From assembly GCA_964016885.1 (NCBI GenBank), contig OZ024758.1, positions 37,262,001-37,326,000 on the forward strand: a stretch of DNA of 64,000 bases, in the 5' to 3' direction. This DNA comes from Eledone cirrhosa. Taxonomy: Eukaryota. Position numbers and translations under genes: made by a program. Shown piece after piece: positions 40,801 to 54,164 of the stretch. The stretch's first letter is position 1, and each line of letters opens with the position of its first letter. The notes beneath the pieces were generated by a model. The model did no database searches and had not been told where the DNA came from. It saw nothing but the letters and a program-made list of their open reading frames with translations.

Positions 40801-42785
40801 TCAGAAGTAACTCCACTGTTGTTGAGAATTCATTTAAGTTCATGGTATTAGTTTGTCAGAAGTAACTCCACTGTTGGTGAGAATTCATTTAAGTCATGGT
40901 ATTAGTTGTCAGAAGTAACTCCAATGTTGGTGAGAATTCATTTAAGTTCATGGTACTAGCTGTCAGAAGTAACTCCACTGTTGGTGAGAATTCATTTAAG
41001 TCATGGTATTAGCTGTCAGAAGTAACTCCAATGTTGGTCAGAATTCATTTAAGTTCATGGTATTAGCTGTCAGAAGTCACTCCACTGTTGGTGAGAATTC
41101 ATTTAAGTTCATGGTACTAGCTGTCAGAAGTAACGCAATGTTGGTGAGAATTCATTTAAGTTCATGGTATTAGCTGTCAGAAGTCACTCCAATGTTGGTG
41201 AGAATTCATTTAAGTTCATGGTACTAGCTGTCAGAAGTAACTCCAATGTTGGTGAGAATTCATTTAAGTTCATGGTATTAGCTGTCAGAAGGAACTCCAC
41301 TGTTGCTGAGAATTCATTTAAGTTCATGGTATTAGCTGTCAGAAGTAACTCCACTGTTGGTGAGAATTCATTTAAGTTCATGGTACTAGCTGTCAGAAGT
41401 AACTCCACTGTTGGTGAGAATTCATTTAAGTTCATGGTATTAGCTGTCAGAAGTCACTCCAATGTTGGTGAGAATTCATTTAAGTTCATGGTATTAGCTG
41501 TCAGAAGTCACTCCACTGTTGGTGAGAATTCATTTAAGTTCATGGTATTAGCTGTCAGAAGTAACTCCACTGTTGGTGAGAATTCATTTAAGTTCATGGT
41601 ATTAGCTGTCAGAAGAAACTCCACTGTTGGTGAGAATTCATTTAAGTTCATGGTATTAGCTGTTAGATGGAACTCCAATGTTGGTGAGAATTCATTTAAG
41701 TCATGGTACTAGCTGTCAGAAGTAACTCCACTGTTGGTGAGAATTCATTTAAGTTCATGGTATTAGCTGTCAGAAGGAACGCCACTGTTGGTGAGAATTC
41801 ATTTAAGTTCATGGTATTAGCTGTCAGAAGTAACTCCACTGTTGGTGAGAATTCATTTAAGTTCATGGTACTAGCTGTCAGAAGTAACTCCAATGTTGGT
41901 GAGAATTCATTTAAGTTCATGGTATTAGCTGTCAGAAGGATCTCCACTGTTGGTGAGAATTCATTTAAGTTCATGGTACTAGCTGTCAGAAGTAACTCCA
42001 CTGTTGGTGAGAATTCATTTAAGTTCATGGTATTAGCTGTCAGAAGTAACTCCACTGTTGGTGAGAATTCATTTAAGTCATGGTATTAGCTGTCAGAAGT
42101 AACTCCAATGTTGGTGAGAATTCATTTAAGTCATGGTACTAGCTGTCAGAAGTAACTCCAATGTTGGTGAGAATTCATTTAAGTTCATGGTATTAGCTGT
42201 CAGAAGTCACTCCAATGTTGGTGAGAATTCATTTAAGTTCATGGTATTAGCTGTCAGAAGTAACTCCACTGTTGGTGAGAATTCATTTAAGTTCATGGTA
42301 TTAGCTGTCAGAAGTAACTCCACTGTTGGTGAGAATTCATTTAAGTTCATTGTATTAGCTGTCAGAAGAAACTCCACTGTTGGTGAGAATTCATTTAAGT
42401 TCATGGTATTAGCTGTTAGATGGAACTCCACTGTTGGTGAGAATTCATTTAAGTCATGGTACTAGCTGTCAGAAGTAACTCCACTGTTGGTGAGAATTCA
42501 TTTAAGTTCATGGTATTAGCTGACAGAAGGAACGCCACTGTTGGTGAGAATTCATTTAAGTTCATGGTATTAGCTGTCAGAAGTAACTCCACTGTTGGTG
42601 AGAATTCATTTAAGTTCATGGTACTAGCTGTCAGAAGTAACTCCAATGTTGGTGAGAATTCATTTAAGTTCATGGTATTAGCTGTCAGAAGGAACTCCAC
42701 TGTTGCTGAGAATGCATTTAAGTTCATGGTATTAGCTGTCAGAAGTAACTCCACTGTTGGTGAGAATTCATTTAAGTTCATGGTA
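34091..42785. repeat. 4,314-bp tandem duplication (80 monomers)
   Basis: ORF starts 34313/38627, 35177/39491, 35823/40137, 36850/41164 and 37819/42133 are 4314 apart. The copies differ by a handful of SNPs (about 39166, 39168, 40797, 40858, 40968, 41039, 42431). Confidence 0.85.
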
Positions 42786-45700
42786 CTAGCTGTCAGAAGT
42801 AACTCCACTGTTGGTGAGAATTCATTTAAGTTCATGGTATTAGCTGTCAGAAGTCACTCCAATGTTGGTGAGAATTCATTTAAGTTCATGGTATTAGCTG
42901 TCAGAAGTCACTCCACTGTTGGTGAGAATTCATTTAAGTTCATGGTACTAGCTGTCAGAAGTAACCCCAATGTTGGTGAGAATTCATTTAAGTTCATGGT
43001 ATTAGCTGTCAGAAGTCACTCCAATGTTGGTGAGAATTCATTTAAGTTCATGGTATTAGCTGTCAGAAGTAACTCCACTGTTGGTGAGAATTCATTTAAG
43101 TTCATGGTATTAGCTGTCAGAAGTAACTCCACTGTTGGTGAGAATTCATTTAAGTTCATGGTATAAGCTGTCAGAAGTAACTCCACTGTTGGTGAGAATT
43201 CATTTAAGTTCATGGTATTAGCTGTTAGATGGAACTCCAATGTTGGTGAGAATTCATTTAAGTCATGGTACTAGCTGTCAGAAGTAACTCCACTGTTGGT
43301 GAGAATTCATTTAAGTACATGGTATTAGCTGTCAGAAGGAACGCCACTGTTGGTGAGAATTCATTTAAGTTAATGGTATTAGCTGTCAGTAGTAACTCCA
43401 CTGTTGGTGAGAATTCATTTAAGTTCATGGTACTAGGTGTCAGAAGTAACTCCAATGTTGGTGAGAATTCATTTAAGTTCATGGTATTAGCTGTCAGAAG
43501 GAACTCCACTGTTGCTGAGAATTCATTTAAGTTCATGGTATTAGCTGTCAGAAGTAACTCCAATGTTGGTGAGAATTCATTTAAGTTCATGGTATTAGCT
43601 GTCAGAAGTAACTCCACTGTTGGTGAGAATTCATTTAAGTTCATGGTATTAGCTGTCAGAAGTAACTCCACTGTTGGTGAGAATTCATTTAAGTCATGGT
43701 ATTAGCTGTCAGAAGTAACTCCAATGTTGGTGAGAATTTATTTAAGTTCATGGTATTAGCTGTCAGAAGTCACTCCACTGTTGGTGAGAATTCATTTAAG
43801 TTCATGGTACTAGCTGTCAGAAGTAACCCCAATGTTGGTGAGAATTCATTTAAGTTCATGGTATTAGCTGTCAGAAGTCACTCCAATGTTGGTGAGAATT
43901 CATTTAAGTTCATGGTATTAGCTGTCAGAAGTAACTCCACTGTTGGTGAGAATTCATTTAAGTTCATGGTATTAGCTGTCAGAAGTAACTCCACTGTTGG
44001 TGAGAATTCATTTAAGTTCATGGTATTAGCTGTCAGAAGTAACTCCACTGTTGGTGAGAATTCATTTAAGTTCATGGTACTAGCTGTCAGAAGTAACTCC
44101 AATGTTGGTGAGAATTCATTTAAGTTCATGGTATTAGCTGTCAGAAGTAACTCCACTGTTGGTGAGAATTCATTTAAGTCATGGTATTTATTAGCTGTCA
44201 GAAGTAACACCAATGTTGGTGAGAATTCATTTAAGTTCATGGTATTAGCTGTCAGAAGTAACTCCACTGTTGGTGAGAATTCATTTAAGTTCATGGTATT
44301 AGCTGTCAGAAGTAACTCCACTGTTGGTGAGAATTCATTTAAGTTCATGGTATTAGCTGTCAGAAGTAACTCCACTGTTGGTGAGAATTCATTTAAGTCA
44401 TGGTATTAGCTGTCAGAAGTAACTCCAATGTTGGTGAGAATTTATTTAAGATCATGGTATTAGCTGTCAGAAGTCACTCCACTGTTGGTGAGAATTCATT
44501 TAAGTTCATGGTACTAGCTGTCAGAAGTAACCCCAATGTTGGTGAGAATTCATTTAAGTTCATGGTATTAGCTGTCAGAAGTCACTCCAATGTTGGTGAG
44601 AATTCATTTAAGTTCATGGTATTAGCTGTCAGAAGTAACTCCACTGTTGGTGAGAATTCATTTAAGTTCATGGTATTAGCTGTCAGAAGAAACTCCACTG
44701 TTGGTGAGAATTCATTTAAGTTCATGGTATTAGCTGTTAGATGGAACTCCAATGTTGGTGAGAATTCATTTAAGTCATGGTACTAGCTGTCAGAAGTAAC
44801 TCCACTGTTGGTGAGAATTCATTTAAGTTCATGGTATTAGCTGTCAGAAGGAACGCCACTGTTGGTGAGAATTCATTTAAGTTCATGGTATTAGCTGTCA
44901 GAAGTAACTCCACTGTTGGTGAGAATTCATTTAAGTTCATGGTACTAGCTGTCAGAAGTAACTCCAATGTTGGTGAGAATTCATTTAAGTTCATGGTATT
45001 AGCTGTCAGAAGGATCTCCACTGTTGGTGAGAATTCATTTAAGTTCATGGTACTAGCTGTCAGAAGTAACTCTACTGTTGGTGAGAATTCATTTAAGTTC
45101 ATGGTATTAGTTTGTCAGAAGTAACTCCACTGTTGGTGAGAATTCATTTAAGTCATGGTATTAGTTGTCAGAAGTAACTCCAATGTTGGTGAGAATTCAT
45201 TTAAGTTCATGGTACTAGCTGTCAGAAGTAACTCCACTGTTGGTGAGAATTCATTTAAGTTCATGGTATTAGCTGTCAGAAGTAACTCCACTGTTGGTGA
45301 GAATTCATTTAAGTCATGGTGTTAGCTGTCAGAAGTAACTCCAATGTTGGTGAGAATTCATTTAAGTCATGGTACTAGCTGTCAGAAGTAACTCCAATGT
45401 TGGTGAGAATTCATTTAAGTTCATGGTATTAGCTGTCAGAAGTCACTCCAATGTTGGTGAGAATTCATTTAAGTTCATGGTATTAGCTGTCAGAAGTAAC
45501 TCCACTGTTGGTGAGAATTCATTTAAGTTCATGGTATTAGCTGTCAGAAGTAACTCCACTGTTGGTGAGAATTCATTTAAGTTCATTGTATTAGCTGTCA
45601 GAAGAAACTTCACTGTTGGTGAGAATTCATTTAAGTTCATGGTATTAGCTGTTAGATGGAACTCCAATGTTGGTGAGAATTCATTTAAGTCATGGTACTA

Positions 45701-48589
45701 GCTGTCAGAAGTAACTCCACTGTTGGTGAGAATTCATTTAAGTTCATGGTATTAGCTGACAGAAGGAACGCCACTGTTGGTGAGAATTCATTTAAGTTCA
45801 TGGTATTAGCTGTCAGAAGTAACTCCACTGTTGGTGAGAATTCATTTAAGTTCATGGTACTAGCTGTCAGAAGTAACTCCAATGTTGGTGAGAATTCATT
45901 TAAGTTCATGGTATTAGCTGTCAGAAGGAACTCCACTGTTGCTGAGAATGCATTTAAGTTCATGGTATTAGCTGTCAGAAGTAACTCCACTGTTGGTGAG
46001 AATTCATTTAAGTTCATGGTACTAGCTGTCAGAAGTAACTCCACTGTTGGTGAGAATTCATTTAAGTTCATGGTATTAGCTGTCAGAAGTCACTCCAATG
46101 TTGGTGAGAATTCATTTAAGTTCATGGTATTAGCTGTCAGAAGTAACTCCACTGTTGGTGAGAATTCATTTAAGTTCATGGTACTAGCTGTCAGAAGTAA
46201 CCCCAATGTTGGTGAGAATTCATTTAAGTTCATGGTATTAGCTGTCAGAAGTCACTCCAATGTTGGTGAGAATTCATTTAAGTTCATGGTATTAGCTGTC
46301 AGAAGTAACTCCACTGTTGGTGAGAATTCATTTAAGTTCATGGTATTAGCTGTCAGAAGTAACTCCACTGTTGGTGAGAATTCATTTAAGTTCATGGTAT
46401 TAGCTGTCAGAAGTAACTCCACTGTTGGTGAGAATTCATTTAAGTTCATGGTATTAGCTGTTAGATGGAACTCCAATGTTGGTGAGAATTCATTTAAGTC
46501 ATGGTACTAGCTGTCAGAAGTAACTCCACTGTTGGTGAGAATTCATTTAAGTTCATGGTATTAGCTGTCAGAAGGAACGCCACTGTTGGTGAGAATTCAT
46601 CTAAGTTAATGGTATTAGCTGTCAGAAGTAACTCCACTGTTGGTGAGAATTCATTTAAGTTCATGGTACTAGGTGTCAGAAGTAACTCCAATGTTGGTGA
46701 GAATTCATTTAAGTTCATGGTATTAGCTGTCAGAAGGAACTCCACTGTTGCTGAGAATTCATTTAAGTTCATGGTATTAGCTGTCAGAAGTCACTCCAAT
46801 GTTGGTGAGAATTCATTTAAGTTCATGGTATTAGCTGTCAGAAGTAACTCCACTGTTGGTGAGAATTCATTTAAGTTCATGGTATTAGCTGTCAGAAGTA
46901 ACTCCACTGTTGGTGAGAATTCATTTAAGTTCATGGTATTAGCTGTCAGAAGTAACTCCACTGTTGGTGAGAATTCATTTAAGTTCATGGTACTAGCTGT
47001 CAGAAGTAACTCCAATGTTGGTGAGAATTCATTTAAGTTCATGGTATTAGCTGTCAGAAGTAACTCCACTGTTGGTGAGAATTCATTTAAGTCATGGTAT
47101 TTATTAGCTGTCAGAAGTAACACCAATGTTGGTGAGAATTCATTTAAGTTCATGGTATTAGCTGTCAGAAGTAACTCCACTGTTGGTGAGAATTCATTTA
47201 AGTTCATGGTATTAGCTGTCAGAAGTAACTCCACTGTTGGTGAGAATTCATTTAAGTTCATGGTACTAGCTGTCAGAAGTAACTCCACTGTTGTTGAGAA
47301 TTCATTTAAGTTCATGGTATTAGTTTGTCAGAAGTAACTCCACTGTTGGTGAGAATTCATTTAAGTCATGGTATTAGTTGTCAGAAGTAACTCCAATGTT
47401 GGTGAGAATTCATTTAAGTTCATGGTACTAGCTGTCAGAAGTAACTCCACTGTTGGTGAGAATTCATTTAAGTCATGGTATTAGCTGTCAGAAGTAACTC
47501 CAATGTTGGTGAGAATTCATTTAAGTTCATGGTATTAGCTGTCAGAAGTCACTCCACTGTTGGTGAGAATTCATTTAAGTTCATGGTACTAGCTGTCAGA
47601 AGTAACGCAATGTTGGTGAGAATTCATTTAAGTTCATGGTATTAGCTGTCAGAAGGAACTCCACTGTTGCTGAGAATTCATTTAAGTTCATGGTATTAGC
47701 TGTCAGAAGTAACTCCACTGTTGGTGAGAATTCATTTAAGTTCATGGTACTAGCTGTCAGAAGTAACTCCACTGTTGGTGAGAATTCATTTAAGTTCATG
47801 GTATTAGCTGTCAGAAGGAACTCCACTGTTGGTGAGAATTCATTTAAGTTCATGGTACTAGCTGTCAGAAGTAACTCCACTGTTGGTGAGAATTCATTTA
47901 AGTTCATGGTATTAGTTTGTCAGAATTAACTCCACTGTTGGTGAGAATTCATTTAAGTCATGGTACTAGCTGTCAGAAGTAACTCCACTGTTGGTGAGAA
48001 TTCATTTAAGTTCATGGTATTAGCTGTCAGAAGTAACTCCACTGTTGGTGAGAATTCATTTAAGTTCATGGTATTAGCTGTCAGAAGTAACTCCACTGTT
48101 GGTGAGAATTCATTTAAGTTCATGGTATTAGCTGTTAGATGGAACTCCAATGTTGGTGAGAATTCATTTAAGTCATGGTACTAGCTGTCAGAAGTAACTC
48201 CACTGTTGGTGAGAATTCATTTAAGTTCATGGTATTAGCTGTCAGAAGGAACGCCACTGTTGGTGAGAATTCATTTAAGTTAATGGTATTAGCTGTCAGA
48301 AGTAACTCCACTGTTGGTGAGAATTCATTTAAGTTCATGGTACTAGGTGTCAGAAGTAACTCCAATGTTGGTGAGAATTCATTTAAGTTCATGGTATTAG
48401 CTGTCAGAAGGAACTCCACTGTTGCTGAGAATTCATTTAAGTTCATGGTATTAGCTGTCAGAAGTAACTCCAATGTTGGTGAGAATTCATTTAAGTTCAT
48501 GGTATTAGCTGTCAGAAGTAACTCCACTGTTGGTGAGAATTCATTTAAGTTCATGGTATTAGCTGTCAGAAGTAACTCCACTGTTGGTG

Positions 48590-50640
48590 AGAATTCATAT
48601 AAGTCATGGTATTAGCTGTCAGAAGTAACTCCAATGTTGGTGAGAATTTATTTAAGTTCATGGTATTAGCTGTCAGAAGTCACTCCACTGTTGGTGAGAA
48701 TTCATTTAAGTTCATGGTACTAGCTGTCAGAAGTAACCCCAATGTTGGTGAGAATTCATTTAAGTTCATGGTATTAGCTGTCAGAAGTCACTCCAATGTT
48801 GGTGAGAATTCATTTAAGTTCATGGTATTAGCTGTCAGAAGTAACTCCACTGTTGGTGAGAATTCATTTAAGTTCATGGTATTAGCTGTCAGAAGTAACT
48901 CCACTGTTGGTGAGAATTCATTTAAGTTCATGGTATTAGCTGTCAGAAGTAACTCCACTGTTGGTGAGAATTCATTTAAGTTCATGGTATTAGCTGTTAG
49001 ATGGAACTCCAATGTTGGTGAGAATTCATTTAAGTCATGGTACTAGCTGTCAGAAGTAACTCCACTGTTGGTGAGAATTCATTTAAGTTCATGGTATTAG
49101 CTGTCAGAAGGAACGCCACTGTTGGTGAGAATTCATTTAAGTTCATGGTATTAGCTGTCAGAAGTAACTCCACTGTTGGTGAGAATTCATTTAAGTTCAT
49201 GGTACTAGCTGTCAGAAGTAACTCCAATGTTGGTGAGAATTCATTTAAGTTCATGGTATTAGCTGTCAGAAGGAACTCCACTGTTGCTGAGAATTCATTT
49301 AAGTTCATGGTATTAGCTGTCAGAAGTAACTCCACTGTTGGTGAGAATTCATTTAAGTTCATGGTATTAGCTGTCAGAAGTAACTCCACTGTTGGTGAGA
49401 ATTCATTTAAGTCATGGTATTAGCTGTCAGAAGTAACTCCATTGTTGGTGAGAATTCATTTAAGTCATGGTACTAGCTGTCAGAAGTAACTCCACTGTTG
49501 GTGAGAATTCATTTAAGTCATGGTATTTATTAGCTGTCAGAAGTAACACCAATGTTGGTGAGAATTCATTTAAGTTCATGGTATTAGCTGTCAGAAGGAA
49601 CGCCACTGTTGGTGAGAATTCATTTAAGTTAATGGTATTAGCTGTCAGAAGTCACTCCAATGTTGGTGAGAATTCATATAAGTCATGGTATTAGCTGTCA
49701 GAAGTAACTCCAATGTTGGTGAGAATTTATTTAAGTTCATGGTATTAGCTGTCAGAAGTCACTCCACTGTTGGTGAGAATTCATTTAAGTTCATGGTACT
49801 AGCTGTCAGAAGTAACCCTAATGTTGGTGAGAATTCATTTAAGTTCATGGTATTAGCTGTCAGAAGTCACTCCAATGTTGGTGAGAATTCATTTAAGTTC
49901 ATGGTATTAGCTGTCAGAAGTAACTCCACTGTTGGTGAGAATTCATTTAAGTTCATGGTATTAGCTGTCAGAAGTAACTCTACTGTTGGTGAGAATTCAT
50001 TTAAGTTCATGGTATTAGCTGTCAGAAGTAACTCCACTGTTGGTGAGAATTCATTTAAGTTCATGGTATTAGCTGTTAGATGGAACTCCAATGTTGGTGA
50101 GAATTCATTTAAGTCATGGTACTAGCTGTCAGAAGTAACTCCACTGTTGGTGAGAATACATTTAAGTTCATGGTATTAGCTGTCAGAAGGAACGCCACTG
50201 TTGGTGAGAATTCATTTAAGTTCATGGTATTAGCTGTCAGAAGTAACTCCACTGTTGGTGAGAATTCATTTAAGTTCATGGTACTAGCTGTCAGAAGTAA
50301 CTCCAATGTTGGTGAGAATTCATTTAAGTTCATGGTATTAGCTGTCAGAAGGAACTCCACTGTTGCTGAGAATTCATTTAAGTTCATGGTATTAGCTGTC
50401 AGAAGTAACTCCACTGTTGGTGAGAATTCATTTAAGTTCATGGTATTAGCTGTCAGAAGTAACTCCACTGTTGGTGAGAATTCATTTAAGTCATGGTATT
50501 AGCTGTCAGAAGTAACTCCATTGTTGGTGAGAATTCATTTAAGTCATGGTACTAGCTGTCAGAAGTAACTCCACTGTTGGTGAGAATTCATTTAAGTCAT
50601 GGTATTTATTAGCTGTCAGAAGTAACACCAATGTTGGTGA
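48590..50640. repeat. 1,079-bp tandem duplication (20 monomers)
   Basis: ORF starts 48606/49685, 49037/50116 and 49467/50546 are 1079 apart. The marker ttcatataag occurs at ~48599 and ~49678. Confidence 0.8.
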
Positions 50641-53600
50641 GAATTCATTTAAGTTCATGGTATTAGCTGTCAGAAGTAACTCCACTGTTGGTGAGAATTC
50701 ATTTAAGTTCATGGTATTAGCTGTCAGAAGTAACTCCACTGTTGGTGAGAATTCATTTAAGTTCATGGTACTAGCTGTCAGAAGTAACTCCACTGTTTTT
50801 GAGAATTCATTTAAGTTCATGGTATTAGTTTGTCAGAAGTAACTCCACTGTTGGTGAGAATTCATTTAAGTCATGGTATTAGTTGTCAGAAGTAACTCCA
50901 ATGTTGGTGAGAATTCATTTAAGTTCATGGTACTAGCTGTCAGAAGTAACTCCACTGTTGGTGAGAATTCATTTAAGTCATGGTATTAGCTGTCAGAAGT
51001 AACTCCAATGTTGGTGAGAATTCATTTAAGTTCATGGTATTAGCTGTCAGAAGTAACTCCACTGTTGGTGAGAATTCATTTAAGTTCATGGTATTAGCTG
51101 TCAGAAGTAACTCCACTGTTGGTGAGAATTCATTTAAGTCATGGTATTTATTAGCTGTCAGAAGTAACACCAATGTTGGTGAGAATTCATTTAAGTTCAT
51201 GGTATTAGCTGTCAGAAGTAACTCCACTGTTGGTGAGAATTCATTTAAGTTCATGGTATTAGCTGTCAGAAGTAACTCCACTGTTGGTGAGAATTCATTT
51301 AAGTTCATGGTACTAGCTGTCAGAAGTAACTCCACTGTTGTTGAGAATTCATTTAAGTTCATGGTATTAGTTTGTCAGAAGTAACTCCACTGTTGGTGAG
51401 AATTCATTTAAGTCATGGTATTAGTTGTCAGAAGTAACTCCACTGTTGGTGAGAATTCATTTAAGTTCATGGTATTAGCTGTTAGATGGAACTCCAATGT
51501 TGGTGAGAATTCATTTAAGTTAATGGTATTAGCTGTCAGAAGTAACTCCACTGTTGGTGAGAATTCATTTAAGTTCATGGTATTAGCTGTCAGAAGTAAC
51601 TCCACTGTTGGTGAGAATTCATTTAAGTTCATGGTATTAGCTGTTAGATGGAACTCCAATGTTGGTGAGAATTCATTTAAGTCATGGTACTAGCTGTCAG
51701 AAGTAACTCCACTGTTGGTGAGAATTCATTTAAGTTCATGGTATTAGCTGTCAGAAGGAACGCCACTGTTGGTGAGAATTCATTTAAGTTAATGGTATTA
51801 GCTGTCAGAAGTAACTCCACTGTTGGTGAGAATTCATTTAAGTTCATGGTACTAGGTGTCAGAAGTAACTCCAATGTTGGTGAGAATTCATTTAAGTTCA
51901 TGGTATTAGCTGTCAGAAGGAACTCCACTGTTGCTGAGAATTCATTTAAGTTCATGGTATTAGCTGTCAGAAGTAACTCCAATGTTGGTGAGAATTCATT
52001 TAAGTTCATGGTATTAGCTGTCAGAAGTAACTCCACTGTTGGTGAGAATTCATTTAAGTTCATGGTATTAGCTGTCAGAAGTAACTCCACTGTTGGTGAG
52101 AATTCATATAAGTCATGGTATTAGCTGTCAGAAGTAACTCCAATGTTGGTGAGAATTTATTTAAGTTCATGGTATTAGCTGTCAGAAGTCACTCCACTGT
52201 TGGTGAGAATTCATTTAAGTTCATGGTACTAGCTGTCAGAAGTAACCCCAATGTTGGTGACAATTCATTTAAGTTCATGGTATTAGCTGTCAGAAGTCAC
52301 TCCAATGTTGGTGAGAATTCATTTAAGTTCATGGTATTAGCTGTCAGAAGTAACTCCACTGTTGGTGAGAATTCATTTAAGTTCATGGTATTAGCTGTCA
52401 GAAGTAACTCCACTGTTGGTGAGAATTCATTTAAGTTCATGGTATTAGCTGTCAGAAGTAACTCCACTGTTGGTGAGAATTCATTTAAGTTCATGGTATT
52501 AGCTGTTAGATGGAACTCCAATGTTGGTGAGAATTCATTTAAGTCATGGTACTAGCTGTCAGAAGTAACTCCACTGTTGGTGAGAATTCATTTAAGTTCA
52601 TGGTATTAGCTGTCAGAAGGAACGCCACTGTTGGTGAGAATTCATTTAAGTTCATGGTATTAGCTGTCAGAAGTAACTCCACTGTTGGTGAGAATTCATT
52701 TAAGTTCATGGTACTAGCTGTCAGAAGTAACTCCAATGTTGGTGAGAATTCATTTAAGTTCATGGTATTAGCTGTCAGAAGGAACTCCACTGTTGCTGAG
52801 AATTCATTTAAGTTCATGGTATTAGCTGTCAGAAGTAACTCCACTGTTGGTGAGAATTCATTTAAGTTCATGGTATTAGCTGTCAGAAGTAACTCCACTG
52901 TTGGTGAGAATTCATTTAAGTCATGGTATTAGCTGTCCGAAGTAACTCCATTGTTGGTGAGAATTCATTTAAGTCATGGTACTAGCTGTCAGAAGTAACT
53001 CCACTGTTGGTGAGAATTCATTTAAGTCATGGTATTTATTAGCTGTCAGAACGAACACCAATGTTGGTGAGAATTCATTTAAGTTCATGGTATTAGCTGT
53101 CAGAAGTAACTCCACTGTTGGTGAGAATTCATTTAAGTTCATGGTATTAGCTGTCAGAAGTAACTCCACTGTTGGTGAGAATTCATTTAAGTTCATGGTA
53201 CTAGCTGTCAGAAGTAACTCCACTGTTGTTGAGAATTCATTTAAGTTCATGGTATTAGTTTGTCAGAAGTAACTCCACTGTTGGTGAGAATTCATTTAAG
53301 TCATGGTATTAGTTGTCAGAAGTAACTCCAATGTTGGTGAGAATTCATTTAAGTTCATGGTACTAGCTGTCAGAAGTAACTCCACTGTTGGTGAGAATTC
53401 ATTTAAGTCATGGTATTAGCTGTCAGAAGTAACTCCAATGTTGGTGAGAATTCATTTAAGTTCATGGTATTAGCTGTCAGAAGTAACTCCACTGTTGGTG
53501 AGAATTCATTTAAGTTCATGGTATTAGCTGTCAGAAGTAACTCCACTGTTGGTGAGAATTCATTTAAGTCATGGTATTTATTAGCTGTCAGAAGTAACAC

Positions 53601-54010
53601 CAATGTTGGTGAGAATTCATTTAAGTTCATGGTATTAGCTGTCAGAAGTAACTCCACTGTTGGTGAGAATTCATTTAAGTTCATGGTATTAGCTGTCAGA
53701 AGTAACTCCACTGTTGGTGAGAATTCATTTAAGTTCATGGTACTAGCTGTCAGAAGTAACTCCACTGTTGTTGAGAATTCATTTAAGTTCATGGTATTAG
53801 TTTGTCAGAAGTAACTCCACTGTTGGTGAGAATTCATTTAAGTCATGGTATTAGTTGTCAGAAGTAACTCCACTGTTGGTGAGAATTCATTTAAGTTCAT
53901 GGTATTAGCTGTTAGATGGAACTCCAATGTTGGTGAGAATTCATTTAAGTTAATGGTATTAGCTGTCAGAAGTAACTCCACTGTTGGTGAGAATTCATTT
54001 AAGTTCATGG
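49670..54010. repeat. 2,430-bp tandem duplication (45 monomers)
   Basis: ORF starts 49685/52115, 50116/52546, 50546/52976, 50980/53410 and 51415/53845 are 2430 apart. The marker ttcatataag occurs at ~49678 and ~52108. Confidence 0.82.
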
Positions 54011-54164
54011 TACTAGGTGTCAGAAGTAACTCCAATGTTGGTGAGAATTCATTTAAGTTCATGGTATTAGCTGTCAGAAGGAACTCCACTGTTGCTGAGA
54101 ATTCATTTAAGTTCATGGTATTAGCTGTCAGAAGTAACTCCAATGTTGGTGAGAATTAATTTAA

